NCBI GenBank assembly: GCA_022573815.1 | Contig: JACZTG010000001.1 | Coordinates: forward strand, 64,882 to 128,881 | Origin: Fidelibacterota bacterium | GTDB lineage: Bacteria > Fidelibacterota > SORT01 | Length of the DNA: 64,000 nucleotides | Direction of reading: 5' to 3' | Shown here: piece after piece, positions 40,680-49,234 of the stretch | How positions within the stretch are numbered: position 1 is the first letter of the stretch | How the letters are laid out: the number at the start of each line of letters is the position of its first letter | The notes under the pieces: generated by a model | Told to the model about the DNA's origin: nothing | The model's database searches: none | The model's input: the letters and a program-made list of their open reading frames with translations, nothing else | Made by a program: the position numbers and the translations under genes

Positions 40680-41426
40680 ATGAGTGGAAAATTGCATACA
40701 ATTGAAGTAAAAAATCTCAAGAAAAATTTCAAAATCAGCAAAAATAAGCAGATTTCTGCTCTTAACGGGATATCGTTTAACGTAAAACAGGGGGAAATTT
40801 TCGGTTTTATCGGTCCCAATGGCGCCGGGAAAACGACCACAATTAAGATATTATTAGGATTTATTCCTTCGACGTCGGGCGAAGTCAGCATAATGGGGCA
40901 TGATGCCGAATCTGCGCGGTTTTGCGTGAGAATCGGTTATATGCCCGAAGATCATTCATATTATCCTCATCTTAAAGTAAAAGATTTTCTGAAGTATTTA
41001 GCTGAACTATCATTCGAATCGGGTTCCGTATCAGAGAAGGTCGATAAAGTGATTGAGAGTTTTAATCTGGAAAAAGTATATGACAGGCGCCTGGATGATC
41101 TGTCTCTCGGTTGGAATAAAAAGGTTGCATTGGCAGCTGCGTTCGTTGATGACCCTGAGATAATCGTTTTGGATGAACCTATATCGGGATTGGATCCTAT
41201 TGCTGTGGAAGAGCTTAAATCTCTTTTGAAAGAATGCAAAACTATGAATAAAACGGTACTCTTTTCTTCGCATCAGCTTTCGGAGGTAGAACAAATTGCT
41301 GATAGCATCTGTATAATTGACAAAGGTGATATTGTTAAAAAAGGTCATATTGATGAGCTGCTTTCAAGTTCCGATGCCGGCTCCTTAAAGGAACTATTCT
41401 TAAACGCGGTGGGGGAACACTCTTGA
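40680..41426 (+). CDS. ABC transporter ATP-binding protein
   Basis: Walker A GPNGAGKTT, signature LSLGWNKKV, Walker B IIVLDEP. ATG at 40680. A TTG at 40671 is an alternative start. Confidence 0.8.
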   Translation: MSGKLHTIEVKNLKKNFKISKNKQISALNGISFNVKQGEIFGFIGPNGAGKTTTIKILLGFIPSTSGEVSIMGHDAESARFCVRIGYMPEDHSYYPHLKVKDFLKYLAELSFESGSVSEKVDKVIESFNLEKVYDRRLDDLSLGWNKKVALAAAFVDDPEIIVLDEPISGLDPIAVEELKSLLKECKTMNKTVLFSSHQLSEVEQIADSICIIDKGDIVKKGHIDELLSSSDAGSLKELFLNAVGEHS

Positions 41427-42226
41427 GACGCACTTTGCAGATAGCAAAGATGACCTTCGGCATTTTCTTACGGAGACCGGAAGTTTTAATGGTGGCGGCT
41501 CTCGGGTTTTTACTCATAACCGGAGTGAGCATGGTACTTCTTAATGAAGATTTGGCTCGGCAAGTCAGCGTCGGAATACAGAAATCCCAGGGAATCGAAA
41601 TTGAAAAGAAGACTTTTATAGAAGGCAGTCTGGTTTATGCTGAAATTTTTACGGTTATCGCAAGCTTTTTGGTGGGGATGAGCCTTATCGGCAGGGATAT
41701 CAAGTCAAATTCAATTTCGCTTTATCTGGTGAAGCCGATTACAAGAGTGCAATATCTTTTAGGCAAATATCTTGGCGGAGTACTGTTATCAGTTTCGATA
41801 TTTTTATTTTATCTTATTTTTATAACTATTGTCCTCTATATAGACGGCGGGGCTGTTCAAATTCCGTTTTTTAAGATTATCTTATTGACGTTTTTTAAGA
41901 TCGCTCTTCTTTATTCCATAATTATCTTTTTTGTGCAAAAAATGCCCGGATTCGTTGCGGCATTGTTAGGCTCGGCAATATACATCGGCGGCTACTTTGC
42001 AGGGGATTTTTATCTGATGTCACTGAGCACAGAAGGATTAATCAAATACACTTCAGCGTTAGTCTATTATTTCTTGCCGCATATGGTGAATGTGAGTCCC
42101 GGTTCTGTTATGAGTTCATCAACCGACCTTTCGGTTTTTTTCCGGTGGGCATTCGTCTATGGACTATTATATTCAGGTATATGGCTATATGGGGCATTAA
42201 AGTTATTTAATAAAAGAGCGTTATGA
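41423..42226 (+). CDS. ABC-2-type transporter permease
   Basis: 267 aa with 6 TM helices. Translationally coupled to the ATPase by a 4-nt overlap. Confidence 0.6.
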   Translation: MRRTLQIAKMTFGIFLRRPEVLMVAALGFLLITGVSMVLLNEDLARQVSVGIQKSQGIEIEKKTFIEGSLVYAEIFTVIASFLVGMSLIGRDIKSNSISLYLVKPITRVQYLLGKYLGGVLLSVSIFLFYLIFITIVLYIDGGAVQIPFFKIILLTFFKIALLYSIIIFFVQKMPGFVAALLGSAIYIGGYFAGDFYLMSLSTEGLIKYTSALVYYFLPHMVNVSPGSVMSSSTDLSVFFRWAFVYGLLYSGIWLYGALKLFNKRAL

Positions 42227-42253
42227 GAATATCACAAAATATGAGGAAAATCA

Positions 42254-42673
42254 ATGGCATCACCGGATAAAAGACCTGTTGTATTGGTAATCAGCGAAAA
42301 GCCGAATGAGGTGTCAGATTTGGAAACACAACTTCCCGAGAAGGGTTTCGACGTAATAATCGCTTCCGACGGTTATGAAGGTTTACTGCTCGCCCGGGAG
42401 AAAAAACCCAATCTTATCATAACAAGCTTTAAAATTAAAAGGCTTAACGGCGCGAAATTAGCAAGATTGCTCAAGTTCGACAAAAAATATCAGGACATTC
42501 CGATTATCGCTATTTTGGAAAAAGACAGTCAGGAAAATCTTGACGAAATCCATAGCTTGAGAATTGAGAGATATGTCACAAGACCTATTGACTATGACAA
42601 TCTGATAATGAACATCAGGAACCTTTTCTCGGAAAGCGAAATCGGCGGATTTATAGAAGAGGCATTGCTTTAA
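42254..42673 (+). CDS. Stand-alone degenerate (pseudo-)receiver domain protein
   Basis: CheY-like fold is recognisable, but the acid pocket DD is SE (VLVISEKP), the phospho-Asp position is Ser (LIITSFKI), the T87 position is Leu, and the K109 position is Arg (VTRPI). Confidence 0.6.
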   Translation: MASPDKRPVVLVISEKPNEVSDLETQLPEKGFDVIIASDGYEGLLLAREKKPNLIITSFKIKRLNGAKLARLLKFDKKYQDIPIIAILEKDSQENLDEIHSLRIERYVTRPIDYDNLIMNIRNLFSESEIGGFIEEALL

Positions 42674-43459
42674 TTGACTTTTAATCCTCAATATATTCTT
42701 GATACGTGGATTTTTTTGGTTGGTGCCACGGTTGGAAGCTTCCTCAATGTGGTAATTAGCAGACTGCCTCGAGGTGAATCTATCGTGAAACCGGCTTCTC
42801 ATTGTCCAAAATGCGATACGCCTGTGAAGCCTTACGATAACATTCCGATTTTGAGCTGGCTGCTTCTCAGGGCAAAATGCAGGAGCTGCAAAAAACCTAT
42901 TTCCGTACGATATCCTTTAGTTGAGTTAGGAGTGGCGCTGTTGTTTTTAGCGATGTATCAATTTTTCGGATTATCATGGGAATTTATGAGCTTTATATCT
43001 TTAGGACCGTTATTGCTTGCGGTGAGTCTTATTGATATAGATACACAGCTAATTCCCGATTCAATTTTGATTACAGGCGCCATTATAGGAGTGTTGCTCG
43101 CTCTGTTCGGTGACGCCATCTCAATAGAAAATTCGCTAATCGGGGGAGCTGTAATGTCCGGAACGTTCTTTTTGATTGCTCTATTGGGGGAAAAGATTTT
43201 TAAGAAAGAATCTATGGGATTCGGGGATGTAAAACTTTCTGCGATGATAGGCATATTTATAGGCTGGAAATTAGCTTTGTTAGCGATATTTCTATCGACG
43301 ATTTTCGGTTCTATTATCGGCATGGGAGGAATAATATTAGGTCGAATGAAATTCGGGAAACCGTTTGCGTTCGGCCCTTTTATTGCCCTTGGAGCATTTG
43401 TCAGCGGCTTGTGGGGAGAAGATATACTTCGGCTTTATATTGAATGGGCATTTGGATGA
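42674..43459 (+). CDS. pilD: Prepilin peptidase (A24 family, PilD/GspO)
   Basis: N-terminal Zn-binding tetracysteine CPKCDT...CRSC. Polytopic with catalytic Asp regions. TTG start immediately after the preceding stop. Confidence 0.8.
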   Translation: MTFNPQYILDTWIFLVGATVGSFLNVVISRLPRGESIVKPASHCPKCDTPVKPYDNIPILSWLLLRAKCRSCKKPISVRYPLVELGVALLFLAMYQFFGLSWEFMSFISLGPLLLAVSLIDIDTQLIPDSILITGAIIGVLLALFGDAISIENSLIGGAVMSGTFFLIALLGEKIFKKESMGFGDVKLSAMIGIFIGWKLALLAIFLSTIFGSIIGMGGIILGRMKFGKPFAFGPFIALGAFVSGLWGEDILRLYIEWAFG

Positions 43460-43494
43460 TAATAATATTATTAATAAATAAATAAGGATATAGC

Positions 43495-45249
43495 ATGACT
43501 GCAAGAGGAAGTGATCTCATTGGTGATATTCTTTTACAAGATAATAAGATATCTAAAGAGGATTTAGAAAGAGGATTGGAACTGCAATCTGATTCAAACG
43601 ACACCTTAGGCAATATCTTAATAAAAGAAAAAATTGTTAATGAAGATACAGTTGTTCAGGCGCTCGCTAAGCAATCAAGAATCCCATATCTTGATATAGA
43701 GGATTACTCTCTCGACGTCGATTCATTAAAGGTTTTAAAGGCTGAAGAAGCCCGCAAATTACACGTGATGCCCTTGTTTGTTATCGGTGAAAGTCTGACA
43801 ATTGCTATCAGCGATCCATCTGATGTGCTTTCGGTGGACGAAGTAACCAGAATCACTCTTTTAGATGTGGAAACTGTCCTCTCAACATCAACTGCCATTG
43901 ATAAGGCGTTGGATACCTATTACGGCACCGGAGATCTGCTCAAATCACGCACAAGCACTGAAGATGCGGCGGCGCAGCTACAGGAATTAGGAGCTGAAGC
44001 AGCCAGCGGAGAAGAAGATGTATCTGTGGTCAAAATGCTCGATATGATAATAAATCAAGCGATAAAAACATCGGCATCGGATATTCATATAGAGCCTGGT
44101 GAGTATGATATACGGATCAGGTATAGAGTTGACGGCGCTCTACAAAAAGTGTTCACTCCGCCGAAAAAACTTCAGTCCGCGATTATTTCCAGAGTGAAAA
44201 TTATGGCTTCTCTTGATATTGCGGAAACGAGATTGCCTCAGGACGGCAGAATTCGGCATAAAATAGGAGATAAAAAAGTTGATATGCGTATCTCAACCTA
44301 TCCCACTTTTTATGGTGAGAAAGTGGTGATACGTGTTCTTGACATTGAGAAGGCACAAATATCGTTACCTGCTTTAGGTCTTACAGGGGTAAACCTTGAC
44401 AGATATATGAAGCTTATTAAAAACCCAAATGGAATTATTCTTGTCACAGGCCCAACAGGTTCGGGAAAAACCACAACTTTGTACGCAAGTATCAACGAGA
44501 TCAACAGAGAAGAGATTAATATTATCACTATAGAAGACCCTATCGAATATGAATTGCCAGGAATCAATCAAGGTCAGGTCAATCCCAAAGCCGGAGTGAG
44601 TTTCAGTACTGCGCTGAGAAGTATTCTCAGGCAGGATCCCGATGTGATAATGGTCGGGGAGATTCGAGACCTTGATACGGGTGCATTGGCAATCCAAGCT
44701 GCTCTCACAGGCCATCTGGTATTTAGTACTGTTCATACCAATGACGCAGCGGGAGCCATAACGCGATTAATAAATATGGGAATAGAAGAATTTCTTGTGG
44801 CATCGACGATGAGAGGAGTAGTTGCCCAAAGACTGGTAAGGAAATTGTGCAATGAATGCGCTAAGAGATACAGACCTACAGAGACAGAACTAAAAGCGCT
44901 CGGATTAAAACCGTCAGATGATATTATCTTCAGAAAGCCTGTAGGATGTATGTCATGCAGAAAAACCGGCTATCAGGGAAGGATAGGATTATACGAAGTG
45001 TTAATTCCCAATCAGGCAATTGTGAACCTAATTCTCAATGGCGGCACATCGGCAGAGATAAAAATAGAAGCGGTGAAAAACGGAATGAAAACTCTTCGAT
45101 TGGAGGGTTTGGAAAAAGTTAAAAAGGGATTGACCTCAATAGAAGAAGTAATGGTAATCACAGCCTCTGATTATGATGATGATTATAGCAGCGCAGATGA
45201 GGATGAATTGAATGGAGCAGTTGGTGATTCAACGATTGAACAAAATTGA
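43495..45249 (+). CDS. Type IV pilus/T2SS assembly ATPase (PilB/GspE/MshE family) with MshEN-type N-domain
   Basis: Walker A GPTGSGKTT, Asp box, His box, and tetracysteine CNEC...CMSC. The N-terminus has RLGxxL-like motifs LIGDILLQDNKISKEDLERGLELQ and LGNILIKEKIVNEDTVVQALAKQ. Acidic C-terminal tail. Confidence 0.85.
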   Translation: MTARGSDLIGDILLQDNKISKEDLERGLELQSDSNDTLGNILIKEKIVNEDTVVQALAKQSRIPYLDIEDYSLDVDSLKVLKAEEARKLHVMPLFVIGESLTIAISDPSDVLSVDEVTRITLLDVETVLSTSTAIDKALDTYYGTGDLLKSRTSTEDAAAQLQELGAEAASGEEDVSVVKMLDMIINQAIKTSASDIHIEPGEYDIRIRYRVDGALQKVFTPPKKLQSAIISRVKIMASLDIAETRLPQDGRIRHKIGDKKVDMRISTYPTFYGEKVVIRVLDIEKAQISLPALGLTGVNLDRYMKLIKNPNGIILVTGPTGSGKTTTLYASINEINREEINIITIEDPIEYELPGINQGQVNPKAGVSFSTALRSILRQDPDVIMVGEIRDLDTGALAIQAALTGHLVFSTVHTNDAAGAITRLINMGIEEFLVASTMRGVVAQRLVRKLCNECAKRYRPTETELKALGLKPSDDIIFRKPVGCMSCRKTGYQGRIGLYEVLIPNQAIVNLILNGGTSAEIKIEAVKNGMKTLRLEGLEKVKKGLTSIEEVMVITASDYDDDYSSADEDELNGAVGDSTIEQN

Positions 45250-45273
45250 ATTTATAATTAGACAAGGATAATT

Positions 45274-46674
45274 ATGCGTCGACTTTTTATTGTAGAACCG
45301 GATAGTTCGACCAGAAAGGCTCTGAAAAAAACAGGATTACGGGAAGGATGGGACGTGAACTCCGTGAGCGGTGGATTTGATGCTCTTGATTGGCTTGCTG
45401 TCCATAAAACTGAAATAGTCCTTATGAGTATGAATCTTCCGCTCATAAATCCGCTAAAAGTTTTGGAAAAGATGAAAAGACTCTGTAAGCATACTCCAAT
45501 TATCCTAATGGCTGAATCAAATAATAATTTAGATATTACTAAAGCGTTTCAGGGAGGCGCATTTGATGTTGTTTTCAAACCCTTAATTCAGGAATTACTA
45601 TCTGACTGTCTTGAAGATGCGCTGAGTTTTGTCGAATTAGTTCCATCTTTAAGTAAAGCTGAGCTGCTTCATCCGTTCCTTCAGGGATACGGCGATTTGG
45701 ACGGAACCAGCAAGGCGTCACAGAATTTATATATAAAAATAGACAGAATATTGGATTCGGATATCAGTATAATGATAAACGGAGAGAGTGGAACGGGAAA
45801 AGAGGTAGCAGCCAGAACTATTCACCGGTTCGGAAAATTGAAAGACCAACCATTTGTTTCAGTGAATTGTGCCGCCATACCGGAAAATCTTCAGGAAAGC
45901 GAACTTTTCGGATATGAAAAAGGGGCCTTTACAGGAGCGGTTGCCCAAAAAACAGGAAAATTTGAGACCGCAAACAACGGAACGCTTTTTCTTGATGAGA
46001 TAGGGGATATGAGTTTACCGCTGCAGGCAAAGATATTGAGATTTATAGAAACAGGCGAGCTGGAAAGAGTGGGAGGAATAGTCCGAAAAGATGTGAGGGT
46101 TAGATTGATTACAGCTACAAATAAGAATTTGCTTGAGGAAGTAAGAGCAAAACGATTCAGGGAGGATCTGTTTCATAGGCTTAATGTTTATCCTATAACG
46201 CTTCCATCGCTTAGAGAAAGAAGAAAGGATATACCGCTGTTGTCTTCATTAACGTTAATGAATATGATTGGGAATAGTGATAAAAATATAATAATTCCTC
46301 CTGATACATACGATTATCTCAGTCAAAATAATTGGCCGGGAAATGTAAGAGAACTCATTAATTCATTAAACAGGGCGATTGTGAGCACAAAAGACGGTGT
46401 ATTATACCCGGAGTCATTTTCGTTGAGCGAGAGTGTGGAACTCGAAGTCCAAAATGAAATATCATTGGAAAAAGAAATTAATACGATGACAATCCCTACA
46501 CTGAAAAAAGTAGAGATGGACGCTATATTGAACGCATTGAAAATCACCGACGGAAATATCAGACAAGCATCAAAAGCGCTTGGTATAACAAGAGCAACAA
46601 TGTATAACAAGCTGAAACGGTATAACATTAAAGTTAGAAGAGAAATAAGAGTTGTGAACTCTCAGGAGATCTGA
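45274..46674 (+). CDS. Sigma-54-dependent transcriptional activator (NtrC/PilR-like) with a degenerate N-terminal receiver
   Basis: AAA+ sigma54-interaction domain GESGTGKE with a GAFTGA loop as GAFTGAV. C-terminal HTH. The receiver has EP in place of DD and Ser at the phospho-Asp position (IVLMSMNLP). Confidence 0.85.
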   Translation: MRRLFIVEPDSSTRKALKKTGLREGWDVNSVSGGFDALDWLAVHKTEIVLMSMNLPLINPLKVLEKMKRLCKHTPIILMAESNNNLDITKAFQGGAFDVVFKPLIQELLSDCLEDALSFVELVPSLSKAELLHPFLQGYGDLDGTSKASQNLYIKIDRILDSDISIMINGESGTGKEVAARTIHRFGKLKDQPFVSVNCAAIPENLQESELFGYEKGAFTGAVAQKTGKFETANNGTLFLDEIGDMSLPLQAKILRFIETGELERVGGIVRKDVRVRLITATNKNLLEEVRAKRFREDLFHRLNVYPITLPSLRERRKDIPLLSSLTLMNMIGNSDKNIIIPPDTYDYLSQNNWPGNVRELINSLNRAIVSTKDGVLYPESFSLSESVELEVQNEISLEKEINTMTIPTLKKVEMDAILNALKITDGNIRQASKALGITRATMYNKLKRYNIKVRREIRVVNSQEI

Positions 46675-47885
46675 TGCCGGAATTCACTTATAAAGCTAAG
46701 AATATGAAAGGCGAAATTTTCACCGGAACTTTGAACGTTGGTTCTAAACAGGAAGTAAATGAATACCTTGATGTTCAGGAATATTTTCCATTAGAGATCA
46801 AAGAGAAAAAAGAAATCAATCAAGGTCCGTCATTTATGGACAGATTTCAAAAAATCAAAACTGAAGAGATAGCCAACTTTACCCGCCAGGTTGCTACGCT
46901 CATCGGTGCAGGCGTACCGATAGTGTCCGCATTGGACGCGTTGTATGACCAGGAGGAAAATGAACGGTTTAAAGGAATTTTAAAGACGGTAATAACCGAT
47001 GTAAGCGCCGGATCCAGCTATTCTGACGCTCTTATGAAACATCGCACAACTTTTTCGAATTTATACGTGAATATGGTACGGGCAGGAGAGAGCGCCGGTG
47101 TGCTTGAAGATGTGCTAAAACGATTGAGTGAGTTTATGGAACATGACGAATCTGTCAGAAAAAGCATCAAAAGTGCTATGCGATATCCGATAATTGTAAT
47201 GATTGCTTTAACGATGGCATTCTTTTTTGCTGTTACGTTTATTATTCCGAAATTTACGGTTATGTTTGAGCGATCAGGGGTAGAACTTCCATTCATCACG
47301 CGGATGCTGCTGGCTCTAAATACTATTATAACAGATTATTGGTATCTGGCGGCTATCGGAATAGGACTGACTATTTTTCTTGTTAAACGGGTTCTCGGCA
47401 CTCAGCAAGGAAGATTGGTTTGGGATGGATTTAAGCTCAAACTCCCGATTTTCGGAACGCTGTTCCTGAAAAATGCGATTTCGCGATTTACGCATATGCT
47501 TGAAACGCTGAATTCCAGTGGTATTCATATAATAGAAGCTCTGCAAATATGCTCGGAGACTACAGGGAATGCAGCTATAAGTCGTGAGATAGATCAAACA
47601 AGATCCGAAGTGGAAATCGGAGCAAGCTTGGCTGATGCACTTGATAAAGGAACCATTTTCCCTCCAATGACTATAAGGATGATACGGACAGGACAGGATG
47701 CGGGATCACTCGACGAAATGCTGCGAAGTATTTTCGTTCAATACGATGAAGAGGTGGATTATCTCACAAAAAGGCTTTCAGCTCTTGTTGAGCCATTGAT
47801 GACAGTGGTAATCGGAGTATTTATCCTGATTATAGCTCTGGGAATATTCTTACCAATGTGGGGAATGTACGAGGCAGTGAAATAA
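46674..47885 (+). CDS. Type II secretion system F-family platform protein (PilC/GspF)
   Basis: Two T2SSF repeats, 3 TM helices, 403 aa. Confidence 0.85.
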   Translation: MPEFTYKAKNMKGEIFTGTLNVGSKQEVNEYLDVQEYFPLEIKEKKEINQGPSFMDRFQKIKTEEIANFTRQVATLIGAGVPIVSALDALYDQEENERFKGILKTVITDVSAGSSYSDALMKHRTTFSNLYVNMVRAGESAGVLEDVLKRLSEFMEHDESVRKSIKSAMRYPIIVMIALTMAFFFAVTFIIPKFTVMFERSGVELPFITRMLLALNTIITDYWYLAAIGIGLTIFLVKRVLGTQQGRLVWDGFKLKLPIFGTLFLKNAISRFTHMLETLNSSGIHIIEALQICSETTGNAAISREIDQTRSEVEIGASLADALDKGTIFPPMTIRMIRTGQDAGSLDEMLRSIFVQYDEEVDYLTKRLSALVEPLMTVVIGVFILIIALGIFLPMWGMYEAVK

Positions 47886-49219
47886 AGAGCGCTCAACCAA
47901 ATTCATTCGCGCGAAACTTTAGTTGCGCCCCAATTTTGGCGTTTTTTTTCATTCTTCTTTCTTGTGACGGGAGAGATTTAACGGATGGCGGAAACGACAA
48001 CGGAATTACCACACAATTTAATTTAAGCGTAATGTCCGACGAGCTGAAGGTAACGTTAAATTGGGATAAAATCAGTGATGATAATCTTGATTTATATAAC
48101 ATTTATCGTTCAGAGAATGAAGGCGAATTTATTTTATACGATACAGTAAATATTGCTTTAAATACATTCAGCGACACAGAAGTGACTGCTGATTTTATTT
48201 ATGAATATAAGATAACTGCGATATTTGACGGCATCAGAGAATCCGACCCGTCAGAAATTGTGAGAATTATTCCCGGATTCACTAACCTTTGGGTATTGGA
48301 CTTTCAGGGCGATGTTTTAAGTGAATTGACTCATGATGCAGCTCATTTTACCGGAAATTTTTTTGATAACTTGACGCTGCCGGTGGCGCTCGACATCGAT
48401 GAAAGAAACGGTTATATTTACTACATTGATGGATCGAATAAGACTCTTAATTTGGTTTTCGAAGGATCTGAACCATTACTTTTGACAAATGCTGAGGGGA
48501 ACGCTCAAATGTTTTCGGATCCGACTGATGTGGATTTTGATATGCTCAGAGATGAAATTTGGTTAACAAACGGCAATTCGGGCGCTCTGTTTCATTTCGC
48601 AATGATAAACCAATCCCAATGGGTCCTTTCCGATTCCCTAAATACAGGTGGAGACGCAATATACGGTCAGCTGGATATCGCAAGAGGGGATTATTGGGTA
48701 GTGAACAGTAAGGGAAAATCAATTGAAATATTTCAGAATAGAAATGGTGAATTTGTACAGATTTCAGCCACAGGCTTTGCGAGCGGAAACCTTACCCTTG
48801 CATTGGACGCGGATAGAGCAACGGCGTATGTCATAGACAGGTCAAACGGTGATATATTTTGGGTAAAGGCATCGGGGGAAACAACTTTAATAACTAATAT
48901 TAAAAATGCATTTTTAGCTGCGGTTGTGCCTTCTACAGGCGATGTGTGGCTTATTGCTGATGACGATGAGAATGGCATCGCAGATTTAGTAAAACTATCA
49001 ATCGTAGGAAGCCGTATACTGGAAATAATGAATCTATATTCTCAGCCCTCGTGGATAGGAGTAAATCCAATTAATATGAACGTTACAGTGTTGAACACTG
49101 CTTCAGGGGAAGTTAAAATTGATGTGTTATCCAATAGCACAGGGGAAAATATAAGTTCATTCAAATCTTTGAATTTTCCCGCAATTGCCCGAATTGTAGA
49201 TAAAAGAAATAGGATTTAA
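47858..49219 (+). CDS. Lipoprotein with an FN3-like domain and a predicted beta-propeller-like C-terminal region
   Basis: Lipobox FFFILLSCDG. The FN3-like segment runs LKVTLNWDKI...YEYKITA. It overlaps the pilC 3' end by 28 nt, so the true start may be an internal alternative start codon. Confidence 0.45.
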   Translation: MGNVRGSEIKSAQPNSFARNFSCAPILAFFFILLSCDGRDLTDGGNDNGITTQFNLSVMSDELKVTLNWDKISDDNLDLYNIYRSENEGEFILYDTVNIALNTFSDTEVTADFIYEYKITAIFDGIRESDPSEIVRIIPGFTNLWVLDFQGDVLSELTHDAAHFTGNFFDNLTLPVALDIDERNGYIYYIDGSNKTLNLVFEGSEPLLLTNAEGNAQMFSDPTDVDFDMLRDEIWLTNGNSGALFHFAMINQSQWVLSDSLNTGGDAIYGQLDIARGDYWVVNSKGKSIEIFQNRNGEFVQISATGFASGNLTLALDADRATAYVIDRSNGDIFWVKASGETTLITNIKNAFLAAVVPSTGDVWLIADDDENGIADLVKLSIVGSRILEIMNLYSQPSWIGVNPINMNVTVLNTASGEVKIDVLSNSTGENISSFKSLNFPAIARIVDKRNRI

Positions 49220-49234
49220 ATTTTATAGAAGAAA

